DNA of 64,000 nucleotides, taken from NCBI RefSeq assembly GCF_018350175.1, contig NC_058368.1:193132001-193196000 (forward strand), in the 5' to 3' direction. Position numbers and translations under genes: made by a program. The notes under the pieces are model-generated. The model made no database searches. It worked only from the letters and a program-made list of their open reading frames with translations, and was not told the DNA's origin. The DNA comes from Felis catus (lineage: Eukaryota). Position 1 is the first letter of the stretch. Each line of letters opens with the position of its first letter. Of the stretch, positions 12,317 through 23,910 are shown piece after piece.

Positions 12317-12785
12317 TGTTACAGATTGATGGTGTCCCCCCAAATGTAATGTTCTAGCCCACAGTGCCTCAGAATGTGAACTTGACTGGGAATAGGGTCG
12401 TTGTAGATGCAGTTAGTTAAATTAAAATGAGGTCATGCTGGAGAGAGAGGCCCGTAATCCAGGATGACGGATGTCTTTATAAAAGGGAAATCTGGATGCA
12501 GATGTGCACACAGGGAGAACGCCACATGAAGATAAAGACAGAGATTGGGCTGATGCTTCTACAGGCCCAGGAATGCCAGATATTCCCAGCAAACCGCCAG
12601 AAGCTGGAAGAAGAGGCATGGGCGAGACTCTCCCTCGTGGCCCTGAGGAAGAACCACCCCAGGCAGCACCTTGATTTCACCCTTCCAGCCTCCAGAACTG
12701 GGGGACTGAGGATTTCTGTTGTTGGCCTCCCCCGCCCCTGCAAGTGTGTGGTACTCTGTTTCAGCAGGCCTAGGAAACAAATGCA
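12317..12785 (+). mobile_element. MaLR solo LTR, MLT1C/B-like, complete
   Basis: TG...CA termini; perfect 5-bp TSD caagc at 12312-12316 and 12786-12790; MLT1-type internal motifs (ccttgatttc...ttccagcctccagaact). Confidence 0.9.
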
Positions 12786-13671
12786 CAAGCCCATGTTCTT
12801 ACTGACTCCATGGCACTGCCTCCTGTTCCCAGAATGCTGGGTTTTTAGAGCTGAGAGGGGTTTTCTTCTAAGTTCCAGACCACAGGGATAACAACCCCTG
12901 TGAATTAATCGCATTGAGACAGCCAAGAGGCGAGAGGGCCAAGCAGTAGTTTGCGGGTGGGGGGGTGTTGCTGGCTGAGTGGGGCAGGAGGAGAGGGCTT
13001 TCTGCCCTACAGGGAAAAGACAGCTTCAGCCTCAGGAAGCGGGCACACAGCTCCTCACTCCCTCACTCAGGAGAGGCCGACTTTTGGAACGTCAGTTAGG
13101 CTAGAGCATTCTGATGTGTGAGGGGCCCAGGGGGACCCAGGGGGTGAAGCAGTACAGGACGGAGAACTGGAGAACTGCTGTGCCACTCACCGTGCTGTGG
13201 GACCTTGGGACAACCTCCTGCCCTCTCTGGGCCTCACTGAAAAGGTTTGACTAGATGATGCCTCGGGGCTCTGAAAATCTCTGTCTCCAATCTGATCTAA
13301 AGGAAGAGGAAACAAAGGGAATGTTGACATTTGGAGATATCAAAGAACTACTTAGGGCAGCTCCTTTCCAATTTGGCTTCATGCGTTTTGATGAGGCAGG
13401 CTGCTCTTTCCTCAGCATGCCAACCACTACCTGTTTCTTCCCTTGACTTTCAAAGCCCTCATTTCAGGATAATGATGGTGATGATGACTATTGATAAACA
13501 CTCTGTACCGAAGTCGGGGAGCGGGGGGGAAGCATTGAAAACAGTAAGGCTCACTCTCAAGGAGCTTACACTGGTTCTGTTGGCTGAGGCTGCGCCGAGT
13601 GGTTGTGAGATTTTGGACTAGTCCCTGTCTCTGTCTGGTTTTTCCATATGTGAAGTGAGGGTGTTGGTCTA

Positions 13672-13765
13672 GGTCTGTGGTTCGGACCGTGGTCTCTGGA
13701 CCAGGAACCTCAGCATCACCTGGGAACTTGCTGGACATACAAATCCTCAGACCTCAGCCCAGTCC
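13672..13765. mobile_element. MER5A-like fragment
   Basis: gtggtctctggaccaggaacctcagcatcacctgggaacttgctggacatacaaatcctcagacc. Confidence 0.65.
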
Positions 13766-13889
13766 AGGGCCTTTCTGGTTATTTCTCTCCCTCTTGAAAC
13801 TTTTAATACCTCCCTCTTATCCCTCCTTTCTCGCGGTGTCCTCTGATGACAGGAGCTTATTAGGGTGGGGGATTTTCCACAGGCCTGTT

Positions 13890-14800
13890 TCAGAGGTCCT
13901 GGGGAGGAGTTTTAATTGCCAGACTTCACACCGAGGGTGTTAACATTTATTAAAGTCAGCTCCTCTGATTGCCTTTTAACAAGGCGGCGACTGTGCACAG
14001 GAGATAACGCTGGGCACAGTCCGGTGGGGCCTCAGAGGCGGCTTAAAATAATCAGGCCCTGGCAAAACAGGAAGGCAGCCCAGCACGGTGTTGGTGGTGC
14101 CATCGCCTCGGCTCTCTGCCCCAGCTGGCTGCTGGAGCGGCGGGGCTGCGTGGGCCCTGGGGTGGCTTCCCTCAACAAGCTGGGCACAGGAGAGCGGCAG
14201 GGAAAGGCCTGGGATGTTCTGCCTGGGAACAGAGCTGTTAGAAGGCCAGTGTCCCGCGAGCCAAAGCTCCGAATCTGGGCTCTGCCTCTCTCCTGGTGCA
14301 GATTTGAACCTTACACTCGCATGATTTTGAGGGGAGGGACGGGAGCAGGCAAACCACGTATTGTCGGGTCGTGGAGAGTGAAACTGCACCCAAGGCCCTG
14401 GATCTAATTTTGATTTGCTGCAGCTGCCGTGGGCCTTTGTCCCAGCACTTTGCCTCGCCTCTCGGGGCCCTGGGCTGGCACGCCGCAGCACTGATGTTTC
14501 CAGCTGCGTTCTCTTGGTCTCAGGGTGCAGCCGCCGTGTTGCTGGGTCACCCCTGCAGGGCTGAAGGGTTCTCACTTCTCTGGGGGCAGCGAGGAGCTGG
14601 ACACTCTCTGTTCCTTCCTCCCATCCACCTGGAGCGGCTCTGATTTCATCTGGTTTGTGCCATGGAGGTGTGACAAGACATTCTCGCAGAGTGAAAAGCA
14701 GAGCAACGTGGTTGGAGACCTCTGTGCTTCGTGGCTGCTCTTTACTGTGCACTGACCTCCTTGTCCCTCCCTCCTCCCTCCGCACCTTCTCTGGGTCCTG
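13890..14800. promoter_or_regulatory. CpG-enriched unique segment, candidate enhancer or weak orphan CpG island
   Basis: About 35 CpGs counted by eye in ~870 bp of GC-rich, non-repeat sequence; AT-rich ttaatt/tttatta motif block at its left edge. Confidence 0.35.
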
Positions 14801-16319
14801 CATCCTGGTGAAAGGCAGGCCCCGCCCAGCACATGTCCCTTCTCTCCCTCCTTGTCCCTAAATCCCATCTGTCGTTACAGGTTGCGGATTCTTCCCCCCA
14901 GGGGCTCCAGAATGTGTCTCCTCTCTTGCTCTTTGTGATGGTCCTGGCTTAGGACCTTTTGAACTTACAGTGGAGTCTCCAGACCGTTCCTTCTGTTTCT
15001 GGCCCTGCCATCTCAATCTCTTCTTCCCTTGGCCAGAGTCATCTTGCCGAATGCCACCATGCACCAGGGTATTCCCCTGCCCAATGCCTCCCTTTGCACA
15101 CCAAATCCCAGCTTTGTGGTTCAGGTTTCTGGGGCCCTTCACGAGCTGTGCATCTTTCCAGCCTTCACACTCGCCTCTTGCCCTCTCTGCTCAGCCAAAC
15201 CAAACTCCTGGTTTCCTAGATACTGTCCAACTAACTCAGGCGTTATTCCCTCTCTGGGGCCTTCCCTGCCTCGCTGGGCACGGTAAATAATTCTCTCCTC
15301 TGTGCCTCTAGTAAAACTTGCATCCCCCAAGATTATAATTGTTTGCAAAAAACCGTCTTTCCTACAAGCCTGTGAGTTCCTCAAGGGTATAGAGAGCACG
15401 AACAATTCCACTTTGTACTGACAATATGTGGCAGATACTTCATCTGGACCCTTTTGAAATGAATTCTGCAGGGATGCTAAAGAACCCCGATCCTCCCCTC
15501 CCCACCCTGTTTTCAAAGTACACTGGCATTTACCTGGAGGTTCATGGTCAAAGTAACTGAGCCTGTCATGTTGGTGGAATGTAATAGGTATCTGGGTAGG
15601 CACCGAAGGGCTGAAGTAGCAGGTAAAATTTCTAATTGCTGTGGACCTTGGGCTGACCCCTTGACTTCTTTGGACTTCAGTTTCTCTACAGGTATGTTCA
15701 ACAATTTGACAGCACTGAGACCCTTCTTTGTGTTTGGCACATAAGACTGAGATCCAGGGGCATGTATCCCACTACTAATAATTATTTACCAAATTATCAA
15801 GTATGTGCCAGGTACAGTGCAAATGCTAAGACCCACCTTGTCTTATCTGATTCTCTAGTAACCCACGGAGAGAACTATTATTCCACCATCAGCCCGCTCC
15901 TGGAGGTCCAGAAACATGTAAGCTACTCGTGCGAGGTCATGATGGAAGAGCCAGGATTCAAACCCAGATGTGGAAAATTCCAAATGGCTAACACCCAGGC
16001 CATCTGGCTTTCCAGACCAGAATGGAGAGCTGCCCATGGTCCAGAGAAGGTGAGGCCTTCCCTCGCAGTGTTTGGAAATGCTCTGTGGTGAGAACATGGG
16101 TAGGCTCTGGTTAGGAGGGCTTTGGTGTGGAGAATTCTGTAAGTCACCCACCACAGCTTTCCACAGCATACACATGCAGGGACCACATTTTCACCTCCTG
16201 GGCCTCTGAAGACTTCATTATGGGGATGATGAAGAAGATGATGATGTGTAACTCACTACAGGGGAGATATGTTCAGAGAAGAGTTGGCATCCACATTCAT
16301 CACCATGAGTCTGTCTGCC

Positions 16320-16980
16320 CTGGCACCTCTGACCATGGCACCGCCCCTCACCCCAACCTCATGCCACTCTCTTCTCCCACTGTGCTCTGGCCATATGCAC
16401 CTTCCTGTGGTTGCTAGCACCTGTCAACCTTATTGGTACCTCATGGACTTTGCAGTGGCTGTTCCCTCTGCACGAGTGCTTTTCCCTCTACTCTTTATTG
16501 CCTCATCTCTCATGACCAGCCACAAATGTCACCTCCTCAGAAAAGCCTTTCTTGATTTTCTGCCCTAAATATCTCCCTCCCAGGGCATCTGGGTGGCTCA
16601 GTTGGTTGAACGTCTGACTCTTGATCTCAGCTCAGGTCTTGATCTCATGGTTATGAGCCCAAGCCCCATGTTGGGCTCCGTGCTGCGCATGAAGCCTACT
16701 TACAAAGGAAAAAGAAAAAAAAACAAAATGAAATGAAAAAAAAAAATGAAATATCTCTCTCCCTTTCCAAGCTATACCCTGCCCCGTCTTTTAGTTTCTT
16801 TCATAGCTTAGTAGTTATTCCCCTTCACTTTTTTAGTGTCCTGAATTCTCCTATTCCCTCAGGTGTAGGAACTCCAAGGGCACAGGCTTTATACATATTC
16901 TGCATGGCAGTATCCTCACCCAGTGCCTGGAACATGAGGATGATAAAAAAAAAATACCTGGTGGGTGAACAACCAAATGA
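16320..16980 (+). mobile_element. L2 LINE 3' remnant, interrupted by a SINE
   Basis: acctcatggactttgcagtggctgttccctctgc...aatgtcacctcctcagaaaagcctttc...gtatcctcacccagtgcctggaaca. Confidence 0.65.
16582..16748 (+). mobile_element. Can-SINE, older short form lacking the (CT)n body
   Basis: gggcatctgggtggctcagttggttgaacgtctgactcttgatctcagctcagg head then A-rich tail; TSD aaatatctc(c/t)ctccc at 16567-16581 and 16749-16763. Confidence 0.9.
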
Positions 16981-17109
16981 CTAAAGGATGGCCAGCCCTC
17001 ATGTGACTTGCTCTATTCCTAACTAGGTGATACTCTAACTTTGGCCAGTCCTGAACTTCTCTGGGCCTCAGTTTTCCCACCTCTAGAATGAGGACTTTGG
17101 AAAAGAACA

Positions 17110-17312
17110 AAGGTCTGCAGATTTAAGGCCTAGAGAGCAAATATTTTAGGTTTTGTGGGCCATATGGTCTTTGGTGCAACCACTCAACTCTTGTTCCAGC
17201 ATGAAGCAGCTATTGGCAACTTGTAAAAAACAAAGGGCATGGTTGTGTATTAATAAAGCTTTATTTACAAAACCAGGAGGCCAGCCTGGGGGCCATAGTT
17301 CACCAATCCCTG
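17110..17312. mobile_element. MER58A-like hAT DNA transposon
   Basis: aaatattttaggttttgtgggccatatggtct...caaccactcaactct...taataaagctttatttacaaaaccaggaggc...ggccatagttcaccaatccctg. Confidence 0.8.
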
Positions 17313-18309
17313 ACTTTGAAGGCCACTGGAGACCTTATAGCTTGGACATTTTAAATCACTTATCGGTGTCCTTCTAAGGAGCCTTGTTTGGCGTGGTTGC
17401 TTGGCCTTAAGGTTGAAAATCCCACTTCTGATAGCATGTATGTCCTGGAGCCTCAAAGAGACAAATGAACAAGGGAAGGAGTAATGGACCCGTGAAGGCT
17501 GCATGGCAAGACAACAGATTATAAACACTGTTTGAAGGCTTTCCTGAGATGTACTAATACAGAAAGTTGTGGAATACGATTACCTTTGGAAAGCATCCAC
17601 AGGGTTCTTTTCTCAAGCTGCTCCCTTCCCCAAAGACTTGCCCAATCTCCAGCCTCACCGACCCTGGAACATGCAGTCTGTGTGTGGGGGCTCATCTCCC
17701 CTCGGTTGCACACTGCCTTTCCTACCCACTGCATTATAATCTCCTTGACAACAGAGAATTTTGTTTCTTTCTTTTTCCCACGTGGCATCTAATATTGTCT
17801 GGACCCATAGAAGTGCTGAATAAACATTGAATTTACATCCTGGCCTCCCCTTCCCATTATGCATTGTTCAAGAGGCTTATGCCGTCAGGAGGATGGGCCT
17901 CAGTGGCTTTTATCTTTTGTTGGATCCTGTTCTCTGTGTTGTCTGGCATCTGGCTTACCAGATACATATCAATGTCATTTCCAGTCAGGCCAAGCAACTC
18001 TGATGGTCAGATGGCTGTCATCGGATACGGTGGGAGTCAGGGGGCAAGACAGCAGCCTGGGAGGGGATGCGGGCACTGGACGTGGAATGAAAACATCTTG
18101 GCGTTAAGATATCATCCACCACTAGCTTGCTGAGGGACTTTAAGCAAGGCACTGAATAAACCACTTAAGCCAAAGCCTGAGTTTCTTTATCTTTAGAGTA
18201 TCGTCCATCTACTCTTTTGTTTTTTGTGTGTGAGGACAAAGTACAGTAGTTTATGGGAAGGTAGTGGTAAAGAGTAAAGGGCCAGACTGACCTCATAATA
18301 ATTATCAGT

Positions 18310-18912
18310 AACAAGCCACCATCCACTCTCACCTCCTAACTGGCCTTCCAGCTTCCACCTTTGCCCACGGAGTCTGTTGTCTAAGTGGCAGCCAGAGTCA
18401 TCCTATAAAGGTGACTTGGATCCTAGATCATGTCACTCCTCTGCTCCACCTCCAATGGCTCCCATCTCACTGAAAGTCCAAGTCCTCATGACGGCTGACA
18501 AGGCCCCACACACCACCTGGTCCTGTGTTCTCTGACGTCGTCTCTACTCTAGTGACCTCTTCTGTTGTTCCCACCTCAGGACATTTGCATTTGCTATTCT
18601 CAGTCCCTGAAATAGTCCTTCCCTAGCATCTACATGGCTTACGGCATCACTTGCTCAGAGTTTTACCCAAAGATTCCCCTTTCTCAGGGAGGCCCTCCCG
18701 GCCAGCTTTTTAAAAATCGCATCCCTTCCCCCTTTCCTGTGTTATTTTTTTTCTGCAGCACTTACTACAAGCTAACATAATATTTGTCCCTGAGCTGAGT
18801 GGACATTTCATAAGGCAGAGATTTTTATTTATTCACTGTTATGTTCCCAGTGTTAAGCACAGTGCTTGCCGCATAGTGGGTGCTTAATAAGTATTTGTTA
18901 AGTGAATAATGA
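18310..18912 (+). mobile_element. L2 LINE 3' portion
   Basis: gcagccagagtcatcc...gatcatgtcactcctctgctc...acctcaggacatttgcatttgct...cacagtgcttgccgcatagtgggtgcttaataagtatttgttaagtgaataatgaa. Confidence 0.8.
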
Positions 18913-19039
18913 AGTTACAGTTTCATTAGCCCAATAAGGCGCCTGTGAGGGAACACAGGACCTGGGGAGATAGGGAGGTCCCTCATTTCCTACACTGTGG
19001 TCCAATTAATGCTTACCTTTTTCCCATTGTGTATCTATG

Positions 19040-19290
19040 GAGACAGCATATTAAAGGGTTTAAGGGGTTGAACTTGGCAATCAGACTAAGATCAAGTCTG
19101 GTGTTTACTTCTTACTAGCTGTGTGAGCTTCAGCAAATACTCAACCTCTCTGAACCTAAGTTTCTTAACTGGGAAATGATCATTTCTACTTGGAAGGTTG
19201 TCGTGAGGATTAAATGGGGATTATCATTTGCGGAGAGTGTTTGGACAAGTACGTATCCCATGGTACATTGTTGGTTATTGGTAGCTATTT
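19040..19290 (+). mobile_element. MIR SINE
   Basis: cttactagctgtgtgagcttcagcaaatactcaacctctctgaacctaagtttc...ggttgtcgtgaggattaaatg. Confidence 0.75.
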
Positions 19291-20641
19291 TTAACTCAGT
19301 AACAGTATAATAACATCATCAGCATCTTCTAAAAATGCATTGGAACGAGCATAATTTTAACAGCTCAGAGTCGTTCCAAAAATGCCTTTCGCTTTTAAAC
19401 TTGAAACTGTTTTTCTGCTGTTTTGAAAGGCAGGTTGTGTCCTTTCCCCTGCTTCTTTCCATCCTTCTCATCTTTCCTCTATTCCATGCACACCTGAATT
19501 TTCATCCCATCTGTGCCCTGCGTCTTGACTCCAGTCATTTTGCTACTAGAAGCCTCAGTTTCCATATCTTTGCAATGGTGCCGAAAGTCCCTGCCATACC
19601 TCCCTTGCAGAGGTACTGAGAGGCCAAACAGAGAAGGTGGCTGTGCCCAGTAAACCATAACAAGCCCTACAAATATGAGGTCTGCCCCTACGTTTTTATC
19701 GCCTCTTCCCAGCAGTGGTTTGTTTTGAGAGCCCAGCCGAGCCTCCCTCTTCTTGCCCATCCTGGGGAATTAGACAGAGCATGTGCACAATGCGCACAGC
19801 TTGCTTTTCAGTCTCTGATTCTGTGGATTTATAATAGATGCCTCCCTGAAGCCAAGGTTGAGTTTATCTTTGGAGAACCATTTAAAAACAATGTTATATT
19901 GGAGATGACTTTCAGTTCAGCACAATAATTTAATTTTAATTATTGATGTGACTTGAACCTGGCGTTTTGGATCTGTTTAGGCCCCTTGAAAGCTTGAAGA
20001 TTTTTCAACACTGTGAGTCCCCTAATTTACTGTCTATCCAGAGGTTTTCTGCATCAAGTAAACATACTGTAATTCCGTTATCATGGTTCTCTGGAGAAAT
20101 CAACTGCATCGTTGGTGTTGAACTAGAAAATTCATCAGCAAGGGGCGAGGGTTGGTGACAGCAGCAAGGGGCAGGGAGTCAGACTGGTTCCCTTTATCCT
20201 TGCCTCCTTTGTCTGTAGGGCCCTGCAAGGCTGAGGAATTCAGCCCTCGGTTCTGGAGATTTAAAGTATTAGAATGGGGGGGGGGGGAATAACCCTTTTG
20301 GAAATCAGCCAGTTCAGGGATGGCACATGAATTTCTTTTCATGTGCCGGTGGAGAAGTGGTACTTCCTGAAGCAAGTTGTTGAGGATTTGGAGTCCATAT
20401 CTCTTTATTTAGCAATTTATTCTATCCTTACTACGCCCCAGGCATTTTCCTAAGCCCCTCCGTCGTTCGTTTGTGTTAACTCACTTAATTCTAGCTACAA
20501 GATGATGAGGCAGGCACCGTAAATAATCTGTTCTCTAAAAATGAGAAAACTGGACTAACTGGCTTCACATCACATGGTTTATAAGAGGTGGGGCTGGGAT
20601 TCAGATCCCGGCGGTTGGAGTCCATTAAGATCCACTATTGT

Positions 20642-20884
20642 CTTTTTGTTTGTTTTTTATTTTAGAGAGAGTGTGAGTGGGAGAGAGGAGCAGAGGGAGA
20701 GAGAGAGAGACAGAGCGAGAGAGAGAGATACACACACACACAGAGTCAGACAGATAATCCCAAGCAGGCTCCAAACGCAGTGCAGAGCCCGAGGCAGGGG
20801 CTTGATCCCATGATCCTCGGATCATGACCTGAGCCTAAATCAAGAGTCGAATGTGCTCAACTGACTGAGCCACCTAGGCTCCCC
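20642..20884 (-). mobile_element. Can-SINE, older subfamily
   Basis: Reverse complement: T-tail, (GA)n tract, caagcaggctcca...catgacctgagcctaaatcaagagtcg...ctgactgagccacctaggctcccc. Confidence 0.9.
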
Positions 20885-22219
20885 AAGATCTGGTAGTATT
20901 GTGAACTGCCTGACCTAGAGTCTGACAAATAGTGAAAACTGGAAGAACCGGGGCTGGGCAAGTGCTGCCTTTATTATCACTTGAGATTGCTATAGTAACC
21001 ATACATTTCCCCCCCCACTCAGGAGACGGTTGCGTCGAATACTCCCCTTTTGCCTGGCTGCCCTCTACTCCCTCTTTTGTCCCAGCTGAAAATCCCTTCA
21101 ATAGAGGCTTTGCCTGATCCCTCTCAGTCATCCTTCTGGTCCCAAATTGGTGCCCCCGTTATCATCCCCCATTGCATGCTTTGTGCTTCCCTTTCTATGT
21201 TTGCCTAAATTTGTAGTATTAAATACGTATTTGCATGCCATTTGTTGAACACCTTTCTCCTCCACCTGTGTGTGGACCGCCTGATGCTGTGTCCTCAGAG
21301 TTTGGAAGATGCTGGGCACTCCATTGTTAGAGGAGGAGCCTGGATGGCCGCTTACCTGGGGTACCCTAGAGTAGTGTGTTTCAAACTATGGGTCATGATC
21401 CCTTAGTCTTGAAATCCATCGTTTTTGACAGCATTTAAAAGCATGAAAAAGAAGAACAAGTCCTACAGGACTTCACATGTGGAAGTGATATGTGTTATTT
21501 TGTGAAGCTTTTACCATGGTGTGACTCGAGTGGGTTGGATGTAAATGTATTTCTGTGCGTTATAGGTGAAGATTTTGAAAGCCCTGGTCTAAGGTGGATT
21601 CCCACAGAGGCTGGAGAGTGGGACCAGGTGACCTCTGAGGTCTCTCCTTGCTGACGCTAGGGCATCTATAGGCCAGGTGAGGGCATTTGGAGCCCAGAGC
21701 TAATTCCCCTCCATCTGATGCATTATATTTTTCAAGGCTATTTGATTATGCCTGGATGCTTTGGAGGCGATCTCTCTCTTGTTCAATTAAGCTCATGCTT
21801 GCTTTTCAGCCTGCTAAATGAAGCCTTTGATCACAATTGAGAATTCACTGTTTCCATTGGTATTACAGCTCTAAATTTGCCCATTTCCAACAGCCGCTGA
21901 TTCTAATTGAAATAGAAGGACTGTGGGGGTTTTTTTTCTTTGGGGTTTAATTGTGTTTTTCTCCTTATGTATTGCCAAATGGTCTCTTTTTAAGAGGAGA
22001 AGGGGGTAGGATTGGAGAACAATGTGACAGAGCTTTTCTGGGCTAAGGGGCGCAGCGGGTTATAGCGTTTAAGATGCAATGTTGCCAAGACAGAGGATTG
22101 AACCAGAAAACCAGATTTTATTTCCTTTTGAAAAATATTTTTCAAAAATGTGCCTTAGTGGTAGATTAAGAAAATTTCTGGGCACACTCAGGCTCCTGTT
22201 TGCTCTTTTCCCAATAATC

Positions 22220-22372
22220 TTCCTACTCCAAGCATGGACATGTCAGCACTACCTTAGAGCAATGGTAGAAATGCAGAATCTTAGGCCCTGCCCCAGACTT
22301 GCCACATTTGAATGTATACTTTTACGTGTCCTGTGGGTGATTACTGAGCACATTTCAGTTTGAGAAGTGCGG
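22220..22372. mobile_element. MER5-like fragment
   Basis: tagaaatgcagaatcttaggccctgccccagac...cacatttcagtttgagaagtgc. Confidence 0.6.
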
Positions 22373-22553
22373 TCTTGCAAGACCAAAAGTATGGTTGGCA
22401 TGGGTGAGAATGTGATTGAACTTGTTGGGGACTTGTTGGATGAAACATGGGAACTCTGTGATCAGGAAGTTAAGTTGGAGTATTAGTCAGGGGTCTCTAG
22501 GGAGACAGAGCCAATAGAATGTGTGTGAACCAGAAAGAGCTGATGTTACAGAC

Positions 22554-23202
22554 TGTCTTAGTGTTTGAGGGCTGCTGTAACAGAATACCATGGACTGGGT
22601 GGCTTAAAACAAAAGAAATGTGTTTCTCACAGTTCTGGAGGCTGCAGGTGCAAGGTCAGGGTGCCGCAGGGTTGGGTTCTGGTGAGGGTTCCTTTCTGGG
22701 TTGCAGATAATGCCTTCTCCTTGTATCCTTACCTGGCAGAGAGCAGAAAGAGGAGCAAATTGTCTTATGACTCTTCAAAGGGCACTAATCCCACTCATGA
22801 AGGCTCCATCCTCATGAACTTATCTAATCTTAGTTATGTCCCAAAGTCCCCACCTCTTTTAAAAAAATTTTTTTTAAATGTTTGTTTATTTTTGAGAGAG
22901 AGAAAGAGAGAAAATGAGAGAGAGAGAGAGAGAGATCGAGTGTGAGCAGGGGAGGGACAGAGAGAGGGAGACACAGAATCTGAAGCAGGCTCCAGGCTCC
23001 GAGCTGTCAGCACAGAGACGGACATGGGCCTTGAACTCACGAAACATGAGATCATGGCCTGAGCTGAAGTTGGACACATAACTGACTGAGCCATACAGGC
23101 GCTTCCCCACAAAGTCCCCACCTCTTAATATCTTCCCATGGGGATGGGTGTAGGGTATTTAGACAAGAATTCTGGGGAGGCGCAAACATTCAGTACAGAA
23201 CA
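22554..23202 (-). mobile_element. MaLR solo LTR, MLT1A-like, nested in MLT2
   Basis: tgtcttagt...gggctgctgtaacagaatacca...tctcacagttctggaggct...gggcactaatcccactcatga...aaacattcagtacagaaca. Confidence 0.85.
22859..23108 (-). mobile_element. Can-SINE nested in MLT1A
   Basis: Reverse-complement SINE; perfect 17-bp TSD caaagtccccacctctt at 22842-22858 and 23110-23126. Confidence 0.95.
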
Positions 23203-23729
23203 CACATGAAATCTGAAGGCAGTCTGCTGGGAGAATCCCTTCTTGATGAGGGGTGGAGAGGAGGTCAGCCTTTTTGTTCTAGTCAGGCTTTCAACTGATT
23301 GGATGAGGCCCACCTACATTCTGGAAAGCAATCTGCTTTATTCCAAATTCACTGATTTAATATAAATCTCTTCCACAAACACCCTCACAGAAACAGCCAG
23401 AATAATGTCTGGTCAAATATTGGCACAACGGTTTGGCCATGTTGACACAAAATTAGCCATCACAGTTGGAAAGAAATTAGGGAAAAGACACAGAGAGAGA
23501 TCCTACATGGTCACTGGAAGGCATTGTTTTCCAAAATTTTATTTTTTCCATCAAAGAACCAGTGCCTATATTCTGGACCTTTAGATTTTCTTTCAAAGGC
23601 CTGATGCCAGAGAGGAGCCAGGTCTTGGGAAGAACAGTGGCTCCAGCAGGTCCTGGGGAGAGCCTGGTTTGTCCCCTGCAGTTAGCTCAGAGCCTTGGCA
23701 ATTAAAGCACACCAGGGGCCCACCCTCCT

Positions 23730-23910
23730 CCATCACTTACTAGGTGTGACTCTGGGCAAGGATCTTAAATCCAAAGGCCTCAGTTTCTTAATCTGTAAAA
23801 TGGGATCATAAGGGTTCTTGTTCATAGGATTGTCATGGGTTTGAAAGGAGATAGCGTTCTAAGAGCAGTTAGCACAGAGGCCTGGCCCAGGGTGTTTAAG
23901 ACACAATAAC
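23730..23910 (+). mobile_element. MIR SINE
   Basis: cacttactaggtgtgactctgggcaag...gcctcagtttcttaatctgtaaaatgggat. Confidence 0.75.

Larger units (their letters stand above)
22479..23464 (-). mobile_element. ERVL MLT2 solo LTR, split by a nested MLT1A and SINE
   Basis: Left piece tattagtcaggggtctctagggagacagagccaatag; right piece ...ttcaactgattggatgaggcccacc...gttgacacaaaattagccatcaca; perfect 5-bp TSD gttgg at 22474-22478 and 23465-23469. Confidence 0.85.

Noticed and set aside
13916..14803. Overlapping 163-aa (+) and 275-aa (-) ORFs as a possible gene
   Set aside because: No recognisable domain, composition typical of GC-rich non-coding DNA, ORFs open in several frames on both strands, and no convincing splice structure.
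19799..21809. Identical 13-mer gcttgcttttcag in two CNE-like blocks, resembling splice acceptors
   Set aside because: Tens of chance 13-mer matches are expected in 64 kb, and I found no matching donor or open exon frame.
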